DNA of 64,000 bases from a virus (IMGVR_UViG_3300032007_000002); one strand, 5' to 3'. Shown: positions 46,999-57,008, counted from the first letter of the stretch. Numbers and translations: made by a program. Notes: generated from the letters alone by a model not told the origin.

Positions 46999-47427
46999 TT
47001 ACTTGGTGTAGAATGTTTGGTTCATGAGGTCGGCGACGAGGGTGTCGGCGATACGGGCCTCTTCCTGGTTCTTGCGTTCCTTGCAGGCGTCGCGCAGCTT
47101 CTTGACCGCGTTGATGGCGCAGCACTCCGGCACGTCGCCGTAGAAGTAGTCCCAAATCGTGCCCGTGCCGAGCTTCTCGGCGAGTTCGGGTTCGCACTTG
47201 ATGCGGACCGCGCCGACGAACCGGGAGTTGGCGACCTTTTCGCGTTCGCCGAACCAGGGGTAGGTGTACCCTGCGGTCTCGACCATGCGGCTGTCGGTGT
47301 CCTTTACGAACTGCGCCCCCGTGGTGACGGTCAGTTCGACGACCCGGTCGTGTCTCGCCTTGACCCGGTCGAGGACGGCCTGGACGCGGTCGATTGCGGA
47401 CTTGGAGTTTTCTTTCTTGATAGCCAT
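46999..47427 (-). CDS. hypothetical protein
   Basis: element plus GGGAGA RBS. Confidence 0.75.
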   Translation of the reverse strand: MAIKKENSKSAIDRVQAVLDRVKARHDRVVELTVTTGAQFVKDTDSRMVETAGYTYPWFGEREKVANSRFVGAVRIKCEPELAEKLGTGTIWDYFYGDVPECCAINAVKKLRDACKERKNQEEARIADTLVADLMNQTFYTK

Positions 47428-47570
47428 TTGCTGTCTCCCTATTAACGTTGACGCCCCCTCTATGTTACTGAGGGGGCGGGCTGTTTAGGTGGTCCCGTGA
47501 TTCCGGGCGAGGCGCTGGGTGTTTGGGTGTTATATTTCGAGAATACGCCGCCCGGCCTGTCGCGGGTGTA

Positions 47571-47852
47571 TTAGTCTTTCTTGTGCACGGGTGCGTAGTT
47601 CTCGCACTTCTTGTTGCGGCAGTGGCCGTCGTTGCGCAGGAGGTGGTTCCTGCACTTGGGGCAGATGTCGCTCCACTTGCCGTCGTGCGTGAGGATTTGT
47701 TCGGAAATCAGCTTCCCGTTGTCCTCCGGGTCCATGGGGATGTCGGTGAGTATCAGCCCGCGCTCGTCATCGACGAACACTTCCGCCTGGATTTCGACGC
47801 CGTTTTCCCACTTGGACTTGTAGATTGCCTTGAAAGTCGTTTTTCTGCTCAT
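47571..47852 (-). CDS. hypothetical protein with Zn ribbon
   Basis: CPKC...CRNKKC. Confidence 0.65.
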   Translation of the reverse strand: MSRKTTFKAIYKSKWENGVEIQAEVFVDDERGLILTDIPMDPEDNGKLISEQILTHDGKWSDICPKCRNHLLRNDGHCRNKKCENYAPVHKKD

Positions 47853-47864
47853 GTGTGCACCTCC

Positions 47865-48377
47865 TTAATTTTTCTTTTCCGGGACACCCCATTCGCCACT
47901 GTTGTCCTCGTTCCCTTCCTGGTCGAGGTAGATGGGAAGGATTCGGGTCTGGAACGCGTCTTTCCAATACGGGAGCGGGGCGTGCTTGAAGATGGGGAGC
48001 TTGTTCCTGCGCTTCGTGTCGTTGCGTGCCTTGACGAGGGCGATTGCCAGGCGGGCGAACCCGGCGAGGTCCATGTTGGCGATTTCGCCGTTCGAGAGCT
48101 TGACGGAGTCGGACTTGCAGATGTCGTCGACCAGGTCGTAGGGGGTCTTGTGGACATCTTCGAGGCGCCCGTAGTTGCCGTTGCCGTGGTTGGCCAGGTA
48201 AACGTTGCAGCAGATGTAGTTGGTGTCCTCGCCGTCGATGCAGAGCTCGATGCGGGCATTGCCGAACACGATCGCCCCGAAGTAGTTGTTGCTCGGGAAC
48301 TTGCCGTCGGCGACGGCCTTCTTGTAGCGGTTGAATTCCTTTTCCGAAACTGTGGTGAATACGGGCTGTGTCTGCAT
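47865..48377 (-). CDS. hypothetical protein
   Basis: element plus RBS. Confidence 0.75.
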   Translation of the reverse strand: MQTQPVFTTVSEKEFNRYKKAVADGKFPSNNYFGAIVFGNARIELCIDGEDTNYICCNVYLANHGNGNYGRLEDVHKTPYDLVDDICKSDSVKLSNGEIANMDLAGFARLAIALVKARNDTKRRNKLPIFKHAPLPYWKDAFQTRILPIYLDQEGNEDNSGEWGVPEKKN

Positions 48378-48407
48378 TGTCTGTCTCCTTTCGATGTCCC
48401 TTATATG

Positions 48408-48689
48408 TTACGTGAGAGGCGCCCCCGGAAGCGTCACCCGTGATTCCGCCGGGGCTGCCGCTGTCGCGCGGGGGATCTTGTCCAGGGGGACCACCTTCGT
48501 GTCGGGGTCGTACCAGGGTGTTTCCGGGAACTTCTCGAACTCGTCCTGGGTGTAGATGAACCCGTAGTCCCTCCCCCTGCGTTCCCGGACCATGCGTTCG
48601 GCCTCGGTGAAGGAAGGCGCCTCCACCCTGGCGAGGGTTGACATGGGGATTTGCGGGTCGTTCGCGGCGAAGGATACGTAGAAGTTCAT
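48408..48689 (-). CDS. hypothetical protein (reads through the element)
   Basis: stop TAA lies within the GTAACAT box. Confidence 0.6.
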   Translation of the reverse strand: MNFYVSFAANDPQIPMSTLARVEAPSFTEAERMVRERRGRDYGFIYTQDEFEKFPETPWYDPDTKVVPLDKIPRATAAAPAESRVTLPGAPLT

Positions 48690-48761
48690 GATGGTTCCTT
48701 TTGTAAAATTTTAAAAATAAAAGCGGTCCCGGCGGCTACCGGGACCGTGATGGGAGACATT

Positions 48762-49724
48762 TTAAGGTTTTTTAATCGTTTCGATATAGCGGTTGCAGAT
48801 TTCGTCGAGGTCCTTCTTGGCCTTGTCGAAGATTGCCTCCATTTCGGCCCTGGCCTGCACGAACGGGTCCTTTTCCGTTTCGGCGTTGGTCGGCTTGGCG
48901 GAGGAACTCTTCATCCAGGTTTCCCATCCGGGTTCGACGTAGGTGAGCATGTCCGCCGGGGCTTCGCCCTTGGCAATCGCGTCTTCGACCGTTTTCAGCA
49001 CTTCCGCGTTGTCCAGGACCCATTCTTCCATGCGGTCCTTGAAGACCGGGAAGGTGAGCTTGGAGATGTCTTCCGGGCAATCGCCGATTTCGTAGAGGCC
49101 GCGCATCCATTCTTCAAAATTTTGGAATACGAGGTCGGTCAGCGAGGTGTAGCGGACTCCGTTGTCGAGTTCCCCGCAGAAGGCTTTGCCGTTGGGGATG
49201 CCCGCGAGGTAGAGGGTGCCGATACGGTGGTTTTCCGGGCCGTACCCGTTGAGTTCGCGGTCGCGGCGGCTTTCCATGTTGAAGAGGAAGAGGAAGCGGC
49301 CAACCTGGACTGCGCCGAAGTCGCCGATGGTGTCGGGACAGTCGAGCTTGCGGACATGGTCCTGGAAGGACTTGTACTGTTCCGGGGTCATGAACCACTT
49401 GACGTTCTTTCGGTCCGTGTGCTTCTTGATGAGGTCCGGGAGCAGGTCGCGGCGGTGTTCGTAGGTGAAGTAGGTCTTGACATCCTTGTCGCGTTCGACG
49501 CGGATGCCGCACATGTACTTGATGTCGCCTTCCGGGAAGAAGGATTCAAATACCTGGATTTCCTGGTCGTTGCGGCGGAGGGTGAGTTCGGTGTCGATCC
49601 TCTCGCTCTTCACCGTGGTGACCGGCGTGACGGTGACCGCGACCTTGGGAACCTTGCAGACGAGGTTGTAGAGGGCAAGTTGCGAATTGCGGATGTCTTT
49701 GTAAGAGTTGTCAAGATTAGCCAT
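48762..49724 (-). CDS. hypothetical protein
   Basis: element plus RBS before MANLDN; terminator-like hairpin at ~48718-48750. Confidence 0.75.
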   Translation of the reverse strand: MANLDNSYKDIRNSQLALYNLVCKVPKVAVTVTPVTTVKSERIDTELTLRRNDQEIQVFESFFPEGDIKYMCGIRVERDKDVKTYFTYEHRRDLLPDLIKKHTDRKNVKWFMTPEQYKSFQDHVRKLDCPDTIGDFGAVQVGRFLFLFNMESRRDRELNGYGPENHRIGTLYLAGIPNGKAFCGELDNGVRYTSLTDLVFQNFEEWMRGLYEIGDCPEDISKLTFPVFKDRMEEWVLDNAEVLKTVEDAIAKGEAPADMLTYVEPGWETWMKSSSAKPTNAETEKDPFVQARAEMEAIFDKAKKDLDEICNRYIETIKKP

Positions 49725-49824
49725 GTTGTCTCCTTTTCTTGGTGCTCCCTCTATGTGACCGGGGAGGGATAAAAGGGGGCGCCTCCCGTGATTCCGCAGG
49801 CGCCCCCGGATTTTCAAAAATTTT

Positions 49825-50436
49825 CTAGCGGTCGTAGAGGGAGTCGAGCTGCTTCTGCACCGTGTAGAGGAACGAGCCGAGGTCGCGGTCCCTATACTTT
49901 TCTTGGAGCTTGTGGAACTCGTTGGCGACCGCGATCGCTTCCTGCATGAAGGTGTCGAGGTTCGCCAAGTCCTCTTCGAGGTCCGCGAGGTCCTTTTCCA
50001 TTGCGGGGATGAGTTCCGCGTGGATGAGGTTCACGATGGCGAGCGTCCCGGCCTTTTCTTCGAGGACCTTGGTTTTCGGGGCGTAGCGGTTCAGCCCGAA
50101 GCGCCAGTCGACATACTTGGTCGGCCCGGGGAGTCCGGCCTTCGCGGCCTGCTCCTCGTCCATGCTGTCCACCTTGATGTCGATGTAGTCGGTCTTGCCG
50201 TCGTTGAAGTGCGGAATGACCGTCACCCACGGGTAGGTGTCCCCGAAACGGGTGGTGTAGCGTTCGCCGAGGCCCTTGAGGGCGAAGTTCGCCTCGAAAC
50301 GGCTGCGGTCGGTGCCGTCCTTCTTCGGGTTGTGGACGATGCAGCCGAGGGCCGCGATGATGTTCTTGCGCTCGGCGATACGGGATTCGAGCTTTTCCTT
50401 GAAGTTCTTTTTGATGTCAGATTGCCACATGTTCAT
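49825..50436 (-). CDS. hypothetical protein
   Basis: element plus RBS. Confidence 0.75.
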   Translation of the reverse strand: MNMWQSDIKKNFKEKLESRIAERKNIIAALGCIVHNPKKDGTDRSRFEANFALKGLGERYTTRFGDTYPWVTVIPHFNDGKTDYIDIKVDSMDEEQAAKAGLPGPTKYVDWRFGLNRYAPKTKVLEEKAGTLAIVNLIHAELIPAMEKDLADLEEDLANLDTFMQEAIAVANEFHKLQEKYRDRDLGSFLYTVQKQLDSLYDR

Positions 50437-50514
50437 GGTGTTGTCTCCTTTTGATGCTCTCTGTATGTGATCGGCGGGGGCGCCTCCGGGGAGGCTCCCC
50501 GTGATTCCGTCGGC

Positions 50515-51216
50515 CTAGAAGTTCTTCGCCATGTCGGTCCAGGTCTTGACGAGGGAGTTTTCCGGGGCCTTGCAGGGGGCGACCTTGACCCAGTTTTCGC
50601 CGATTTGCGGGTCGGCCGGGTCGTAACGCTTCGGCATGATGACGAGGGCGGCTTCGAGCGCCCCCTTCTTCGCGTAGTGGATGAGGGGACAGTCGGGGCG
50701 GTTCTTCGACGTGTGGAGCGTCACCGGGACACCCGTGAAACTTTCAAAGGACTTAACCACCTTGCCCATCAGTTCGCCGTCGTAGTATGCGGTGACTTCA
50801 TCCAGGTCGCTGTGCATCCCGAACGGGATTGTGCTGAAGATGGACGGGTACGGGTAGGGGAAGTATTTCCAACCGCCGTCCTTCTTGCCCGCGTTGGTGA
50901 TGACCACGCAGTCCGGGAGGCCGTCGTTGTAGGTGTTCACGTTCGGGACCCACTTGCCCTTGACTTCTTCGTGCATGGTGCGGAAGTAGCCGCTCGCGAC
51001 TTCCATGGACGGTTTCGGGAGGCCCTTTGCCTCGGCGAGGATTTCGGCGTAGTGGAACGGGTCGTCGCACTTGACGAAGATGGCGCGGAAGGCGTCGGTC
51101 GCGATGATTACGCCCCTGGCGCGGTCGAACATGACGCCGCAGAGCGACAGCTGGGAAGTGTCCTTGCCGACGAACTTGAGGACGGTGGTGAGAAGGCGGG
51201 GAAGTGTCTTAGCCAT
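50515..51216 (-). CDS. hypothetical protein (weak resemblance to sliding-clamp-like phage proteins)
   Basis: LCGVMF...IIATDAFRA...FPYP...ALVIMP; element plus RBS. Confidence 0.7.
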   Translation of the reverse strand: MAKTLPRLLTTVLKFVGKDTSQLSLCGVMFDRARGVIIATDAFRAIFVKCDDPFHYAEILAEAKGLPKPSMEVASGYFRTMHEEVKGKWVPNVNTYNDGLPDCVVITNAGKKDGGWKYFPYPYPSIFSTIPFGMHSDLDEVTAYYDGELMGKVVKSFESFTGVPVTLHTSKNRPDCPLIHYAKKGALEAALVIMPKRYDPADPQIGENWVKVAPCKAPENSLVKTWTDMAKNF

Positions 51217-51353
51217 GTTGTTATCTCCTTTTGATACTCTCTGTATGTGATCGGCGGGGCGCCTCCGGGGGCGTTCCCCGTGATTCCGCCGCGCCCGGAT
51301 CCGAAAAAACTCCCCGGCGGGGGTTACCCGCCAGGGAGGGGAGACATTAGATT

Positions 51354-52778
51354 TTAGAGGGGCTTGTTGCAGAGGGGGCAAGCGTGGATGGTGAACTTGG
51401 CCTGGGCCACGCCGTCCGGGCGGTAGATGACCATGGTCTTCCCGTCGCCCTTCTGCATGTAGCTGTCGCCGAAGTCCTCCTTGACGCGTTCGCCTTCGCA
51501 GAAGGGGCACGGCTTCGGCTTGTAGAGGGCGTCGAAGAGCTTGTCCGCTTCCTCCTGGACATCAGTGAGCTTCTCGCCCTGGATGTTGGTTTTCCAGGTT
51601 TCGTATGCGTCGGCCCCGTAGAAGGAGACATAGTAGCCGACAATCTCGTAGGACTTGCAGGTTTCCTGGAAGATGCTGTTCCAATCGTCCGCGTCGCCTT
51701 CGCGTCTTGCACGGTTGATGCAGTCGGCCTCCTTGGCGCGGTACACGGCGAGGTAGTCTTCGGGCGTGGTGTCCTTGCCCGGGAAGTCCACCATCGTCAT
51801 GCGGGTGAGGAAGGTGCCGAGGTCGAGGAGGGAGCCGAGGACATGGGGCTGATGGTACTCCTTGCCGTAGGTGCCGCTCTTCGCGATGATACAGCTTTCA
51901 TGGTCCCCGGCATAGCGCTTGAACTTGATTACGTAGCGGCGACCGTTGTACTGTATGCCGAGCTTGACGATATCGGCGCCGTTGCCGTCGAACTCGTCGA
52001 AGTAGTGGCCCTTCTCGATGAGTTGGGCGCCCGGGATGAAGCGGCCGAGGAACGCCTTGGCGACTTCGGTCACGGCGCGGTCGCGGTCCTCGCCCGGAAA
52101 TTCAAAAATTTTCTTGCAGACGTTTTCGGCGTATTCCCTCGGGTCCGGGCCGATTTCGTCAACCTTGTCGTTCACCCATTCGACAAAGCCCTTCATGCCG
52201 TCCGGGGAGAAGATGTTGAAGTAGCCGTTGGTGTCCGCGAGTTCCTCGCCGCGCTTGCCGAAAAGCTGTGCGCTGACGGTGGCGCAGGTCTTGCCGTCCT
52301 GGTCCACCCCGGTGTCATAGGTGCGGACCGTGACGGCGACGATGTACTCGTCTTGGTCCACGGTGTAGGAACCCTTGATTTCAAACTCCTGGCTACCCAT
52401 GTCGTGCACGGCGTATTGGAGGAACTTGAACGGGGAGCCGAGGGCGAGTTCGACGCGCTTGCGGTACTTGCTGAAGTAGTTTTCGATGACGAAGTCGATG
52501 AGGCCGTGTTCGCGGCGGTTCAGCGGGACATCCACGCAGTTGCCGTCGTGCATGATTTCCACGATTTCCTGGTTCGAGGTGGACGGGACGAAGAAGCGGA
52601 GGGTGAACGTTTCGCCGAGGAAGTCGAACTCGCAGTCATACCACGGGGAGGACTTGTCGAAGGAAGCCTCGCAGTGCGTAATCTTGGCGCCCGGACAGTC
52701 AATCATCTGCAACGCGACTGCTTCGGCGACGCTGTCGATGGTCTTGACGGATTTGAGAAAGCTGAAAATTCGGTTCAT
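51354..52778 (-). CDS. hypothetical protein with C-terminal CPFC...CPLC Zn motif
   Basis: 474 aa, element plus RBS. Confidence 0.75.
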   Translation of the reverse strand: MNRIFSFLKSVKTIDSVAEAVALQMIDCPGAKITHCEASFDKSSPWYDCEFDFLGETFTLRFFVPSTSNQEIVEIMHDGNCVDVPLNRREHGLIDFVIENYFSKYRKRVELALGSPFKFLQYAVHDMGSQEFEIKGSYTVDQDEYIVAVTVRTYDTGVDQDGKTCATVSAQLFGKRGEELADTNGYFNIFSPDGMKGFVEWVNDKVDEIGPDPREYAENVCKKIFEFPGEDRDRAVTEVAKAFLGRFIPGAQLIEKGHYFDEFDGNGADIVKLGIQYNGRRYVIKFKRYAGDHESCIIAKSGTYGKEYHQPHVLGSLLDLGTFLTRMTMVDFPGKDTTPEDYLAVYRAKEADCINRARREGDADDWNSIFQETCKSYEIVGYYVSFYGADAYETWKTNIQGEKLTDVQEEADKLFDALYKPKPCPFCEGERVKEDFGDSYMQKGDGKTMVIYRPDGVAQAKFTIHACPLCNKPL

Positions 52779-52952
52779 TGTGTGTCTCCTTTTGATATGC
52801 CGTCTATGTGACGGCGGGTGGCGCCTGGGTCACCCTCTCCCGTGATTCCGTAAGGGGAAAGACCCCCGCCCGTCCCCCGTTCAGTGTGTGTTGTGGTAAA
52901 CTGTGTCGGGGGGATTGGAACGCGGAGGGAGGCCGCGTGGGCGGGGGAAATA

Positions 52953-53465
52953 TTATGCGTCGTCCGGGTCCATGCCTTCCGCGATGTGCTTGTCGTATTC
53001 GGCCTTTCGGGCGTCGTACTTCTCGCGGACCTTGTTGAGCATGGCGGTGACGGGGAACTGTTCGGCCTCGACTTGCTTGGAGGTGAACTCTACTGTACCC
53101 CAGTCCTCGATTTCGCCGTCGTTGCAGTCCACGACCATCATCATGTACCAGGAGCCGGGATTTTCGAGGTCGATGGAGAGCTGTGTCTTGACCTGGTGGT
53201 CATCCTTCGACCACTTGCACCATTCGGGCTTGAGGGCCACGCGGATGTCGATGTAGGTAATGTTGTTTTCACCCCAGGAGGTAATCACCGCGTCCTTGAT
53301 GTCCGGGTGTTCCTGGGCAAAGAGCGCCTGGACCAGGTTGGTGATGTTGTCCAGGTCTTCTGTATGCTTCTTGCGGAAGCCGACTGCATCAACGTTGCCG
53401 AGCGCGACCTTGTAGTTTTCGTCGAGGTGGGCAAGTACGTTTGCAAATGTGGCGAGATTGTTCAT
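52953..53465 (-). CDS. hypothetical protein
   Basis: element plus RBS. Confidence 0.75.
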   Translation of the reverse strand: MNNLATFANVLAHLDENYKVALGNVDAVGFRKKHTEDLDNITNLVQALFAQEHPDIKDAVITSWGENNITYIDIRVALKPEWCKWSKDDHQVKTQLSIDLENPGSWYMMMVVDCNDGEIEDWGTVEFTSKQVEAEQFPVTAMLNKVREKYDARKAEYDKHIAEGMDPDDA

Positions 53466-53536
53466 CGTGTCTCCTTTTGATACCCGGACTATGTGATCGG
53501 GGTGGCGCCTGGGGTGGCGCCTCCCGTGATTCCGCC

Positions 53537-53947
53537 CTACGCCTTGTCGTATTCGTTGGTGATGATGCTGATGTCGTAGCACATCGCGAGGAAGCCGTGG
53601 CGGAGGCTGATGTAGCGCGGCATGTCGTAGAATACCATCTTCCAATTAGCGCCGAGTGCGTTCGCGGCGGTCTTGAAGCCTTTTTCGCCGGGATGTACTG
53701 TGAGGTCATCCATGCCGTTTTCGGCGACGGACGTCGCGTAGGATTCGGGTTCCTCGGAAATCCATGCCTTGACAGCGGAGCGGACAGCCTTTTTGAAGGT
53801 CGCGTCCGTCTTGTACTTCGTGTGGAACGGGAGGACTTCGCGGTTCGGGGCGTCCATTTCGTCCCCGTTGGGGTCGATTTTCAAGGTGATGAACGCGCAG
53901 TAGGGAAGGTCGTTGAGGTTGACATTTACGGTGTCTTTCTTTGCCAT
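53537..53947 (-). CDS. hypothetical protein
   Basis: AAGGAAG SD; stop just before the element. Confidence 0.7.
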   Translation of the reverse strand: MAKKDTVNVNLNDLPYCAFITLKIDPNGDEMDAPNREVLPFHTKYKTDATFKKAVRSAVKAWISEEPESYATSVAENGMDDLTVHPGEKGFKTAANALGANWKMVFYDMPRYISLRHGFLAMCYDISIITNEYDKA

Positions 53948-53970
53948 TTGTAAACTTCCTTTTTCAAAAA

Positions 53971-54573
53971 TTAAATATTTTTCATCATCGGCTTGAACCA
54001 ATCCGGGACCTTGACCGCGATACGGTCGCCGTCGGCATAGACGGGAACGAGGGTGAGGACTTCGGGTGTCCTGGCGATGAACGACCCGGCTTCTTCCCCG
54101 CAGTCCCATTTGGTGAAACGGTCATCCTCGAAGTCCACATCTTCCGGGATGGCGTGGACGGCGGTGGCGTCGCCGCAGGTGTCGAATACGAGCTTGAAGC
54201 CGCCTTCCTTGAGGAGTTCCTCGGCTTCCTTCATCTTGGCGCGGGCCATCTTGATGAAGCCTTCCTTAGTGGACGGGGTGCTTTCGTCCTCGACGAGGTT
54301 CCAATCGTCCTTCGTGTCCTGGAAGCGCTTGTAGTTCCCGAAGCAGACGTCCTTCACGACGGAGAGGATGGCTTCCGGGTTCAGCAGGTCGTCGGAGTGG
54401 CAGTTGAAGTGGCGGAAGAAGGTGTCGTCGGTCTCTTCCGCTGTGACGGCCGTGTAGGTGTCGCTTTCGCCCGCTTCGTAGAGGATGCGCATGGTGTCCG
54501 CGCCGTCCGGGATGATGACTGTGAGGGTCGCGGTGGTGTCCGACACGTTGCGGTAAACATATTCTTTTTTCAT
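53971..54573 (-). CDS. hypothetical acidic protein
   Basis: element plus RBS. Confidence 0.75.
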   Translation of the reverse strand: MKKEYVYRNVSDTTATLTVIIPDGADTMRILYEAGESDTYTAVTAEETDDTFFRHFNCHSDDLLNPEAILSVVKDVCFGNYKRFQDTKDDWNLVEDESTPSTKEGFIKMARAKMKEAEELLKEGGFKLVFDTCGDATAVHAIPEDVDFEDDRFTKWDCGEEAGSFIARTPEVLTLVPVYADGDRIAVKVPDWFKPMMKNI

Positions 54574-54597
54574 TCTTGTCTCCTTTTGATGCGCACC

Positions 54598-55068
54598 TTA
54601 TGTGAAGTCCACGGTGTCGTGGACCTCCGGGTCCGTGATTCCCTTGGGCATCTTGACCTTGATGAGGTCGTATTCGCGGCGGGAGGTGTAGTTCTCCCAT
54701 CCGTTGTTCGGGGTCTCGATATACGGGTAGCCGAGGGACTTCAGGCGCTTGACATCTTCGTGCAGGTCTTTCAGCTGTTCGTGGTCGAGGTGGTGGAGGT
54801 GCTTGGGGTTCCACTTCTTGTAGAAGCCCACGAAGGAACATCCGCGACCGTTGGCCTTGGCCTCGTCGTTGGCGATGGCGAGCGCGGTTTCCTGGCACTG
54901 GCCTCCGTGGGAGGTCCCGCGGTGGTTCGGCCAGAACACATGGGCCGCGGTGGAGAAATACGGCTTATCGTTGTCGCCGCAGCGGTAGTAGTCGATCGTG
55001 AGGGTCGCATCCTTGGAAATCTTGAAGCAGATGCAAAATTCTTTTTTCTTGTAGCAGATGTTTGCCAT
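54598..55068 (-). CDS. hypothetical phage protein (reads through the element)
   Basis: YFST...GGQCQE...WNPKHLH; stop at the ACATAA box. Confidence 0.75.
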   Translation of the reverse strand: MANICYKKKEFCICFKISKDATLTIDYYRCGDNDKPYFSTAAHVFWPNHRGTSHGGQCQETALAIANDEAKANGRGCSFVGFYKKWNPKHLHHLDHEQLKDLHEDVKRLKSLGYPYIETPNNGWENYTSRREYDLIKVKMPKGITDPEVHDTVDFT

Positions 55069-55140
55069 GTCGGTATCTCCTTTTGATGGTCTCTCTATGT
55101 TATCGCCCCGTGGGCGGGTTTTGTAAACCCCGTGATTCCG

Positions 55141-55581
55141 CTACCACACGATCTTGCGGTAGCTGAACCCGTCCTCGTCGGTCACCCCGGCGGGAACGAC
55201 CTTCGCGGACAGCATGCGGTGGCGCTGTGCCTCGAAGATGGCATCCAGTTCCTCGATGGTGAGGGCGTGGGCCTGGCGCTGTATGTCCGAGGGGTTGAAG
55301 CGCGGTTCCTTGCTGTTGTAGCAGTTGTTGGGGAGGAGGAAGGTCGTGCTGTATGTCGGCCAGGAACCGCCGAGGCGGTCGTAGCAGAGGCAGGTGTTGG
55401 CGGTCTCCATCGCCGAGAGGATGCGCAGGCGGTGGATTTCTTCCGGCGTCTCCAGGTAGGTGTAGGCGATGTTGTTCGCCTTGGCCTCCGGGTCGCGTTC
55501 CATGACGGCCGCCTGGATGGATGCCTTTTCCGCTTCAATTTCCGGGGTGGACAGCCCGAGCTTTCCCATGACGTATGCCAT
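55141..55581 (-). CDS. hypothetical protein
   Basis: flanked by elements. Confidence 0.75.
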   Translation of the reverse strand: MAYVMGKLGLSTPEIEAEKASIQAAVMERDPEAKANNIAYTYLETPEEIHRLRILSAMETANTCLCYDRLGGSWPTYSTTFLLPNNCYNSKEPRFNPSDIQRQAHALTIEELDAIFEAQRHRMLSAKVVPAGVTDEDGFSYRKIVW

Positions 55582-55664
55582 AATCGAATCTCCTTTTGAT
55601 ATGCCGTATATGTGAAGAGGGGGACCCGATTGGATCCCCCTCCCGTGATTCCGTCACGTTGTCC

Positions 55665-56462
55665 CTAGCGGCGTACCGCGACCGGGATTTCGTCCCAAAG
55701 GGCGAAGATTTCGCCGTCGGCGCCCCTTCTGCGCATTTCGCCCATGGTGCAGGGCGGCGGGTTCACGAAGAGGTTCACCGCGTCGGTCATCGCCTGCGGT
55801 TCAGTTCCGGGGGTGAACGAGAAACGCTTGAGGCGGTCGGGGTTCTGCTCGTCGTAGTGCTTTGACTTGATGAGGGACGAGAAGTATTCCTGGCCGAGGT
55901 CGTTCTTGACCACGGGGCCGCCGAGGTCGAACACGTTGGTCCCGTTCTTGTCGATGTAGCGCGGGCCTTCGCCTGGGGGTTGGATGAGCACGGAGTCCTG
56001 GTCGTACTTCCCGCACATTTCCTTCGCGAACTGTTCCATCTTGGACCATTCCACGGGCTTGCCGTCGCGGTAATGCGCGGGGATGACGAAGGAGGTTTCG
56101 CCGTTCGCAGTCTTCGGCGGGTTGGTCTGCATGTCGCGGTAGCCGCCATAGACCACGATGTAGGAAAGCCCCTGGGCCTTGATGTCGGCGAGAAGCTCAT
56201 GGCGCTTTTGGTAGTTTTCCGCTTCCGAGCGTTCGACTCGGTCCGCAGAGAGGATAATCATGCCGTCCTTGCCGTGTTGGATGATGCGGTCGACGGTCGC
56301 TTCGGTGAGCGGTTGGAGCCTTGAATGGTTGGATTCGTAACCGTACATGGCCATCGGTTCGCGGTCGCGCACACTTTCGATATACGCGGAAAGTTCCTGG
56401 CCCATGTCGGGGTGGGCGCCCATCATGCGCACCCTTGCGTTAAGTTCGTTTGCTGTGGACAT
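55665..56462 (-). CDS. conserved phage protein
   Basis: LTEATVDRIIQH...ILSADR...VYGGY...ETSFVI...KYDQDSVL; three motif types upstream. Confidence 0.75.
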   Translation of the reverse strand: MSTANELNARVRMMGAHPDMGQELSAYIESVRDREPMAMYGYESNHSRLQPLTEATVDRIIQHGKDGMIILSADRVERSEAENYQKRHELLADIKAQGLSYIVVYGGYRDMQTNPPKTANGETSFVIPAHYRDGKPVEWSKMEQFAKEMCGKYDQDSVLIQPPGEGPRYIDKNGTNVFDLGGPVVKNDLGQEYFSSLIKSKHYDEQNPDRLKRFSFTPGTEPQAMTDAVNLFVNPPPCTMGEMRRRGADGEIFALWDEIPVAVRR

Positions 56463-56585
56463 ATATGTTAATCCTCTGATTTCAATAGTTTATATCGTCC
56501 GGCACTGAAATATAGCAACTTCCGGTAGCCACCGTATGTGACCGGGGTGGCGCCTCGGGTGGCGCCTCCCGTGATTCCGACGGGC

Positions 56586-57008
56586 CTAGATGCCCTTCAT
56601 CGCCCTTTCGAGGAGCCGGGCGTAGTCGAGGGCGAGCTTGTGGAGGCGGTCCAGGGTGTCGTGGGAGATATGCCCGTTCACGCCGGGGACGACGCTAGTG
56701 AGGACGGTCCCGCTGAACACGGTCTTCTTGCCTTCAGTGAGCTTCCAGTCGACGCAACCTTCCCCGCCCTGGGTGAGCTTCATCTCAATGACGGAGGGGG
56801 AAAGGTAGTTGATGCAGGGGGACACGGTGAACCCGGCCACGCGGAACGACACGATGCGGGTAATGCCGTCCTTCTTGGCCACGCGGCCGTAGACCGGGTA
56901 ATACTCGCTGAAGCAGGTTTCCCTGATGGGCGGGGTCTTCTCGCGCTTCTTGACCCACTGGTCGATGGAGTAGACGTTTTCTTCTGCGAGGGTAAGCTGT
57001 TTCTTCAT
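56586..57008 (-). CDS. hypothetical protein
   Basis: flanked by elements. Confidence 0.75.
   Translation of the reverse strand: MKKQLTLAEENVYSIDQWVKKREKTPPIRETCFSEYYPVYGRVAKKDGITRIVSFRVAGFTVSPCINYLSPSVIEMKLTQGGEGCVDWKLTEGKKTVFSGTVLTSVVPGVNGHISHDTLDRLHKLALDYARLLERAMKGI

Larger units (their letters stand above)
3012..56518. promoter_or_regulatory. recurrent (T)TTGCTATATTT promoter motif (about 20 copies)
   Basis: + strand: 5321, 7103, 8459, 10880, 12681, 13878, 15496, 16334; - strand: 3012, 3808, 5289, 19365, 20925, 22325, 25928, 29973, 32378, 42542, 56508; variants at 32711, 38519, 38874; oriented with the downstream genes. Confidence 0.85.
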
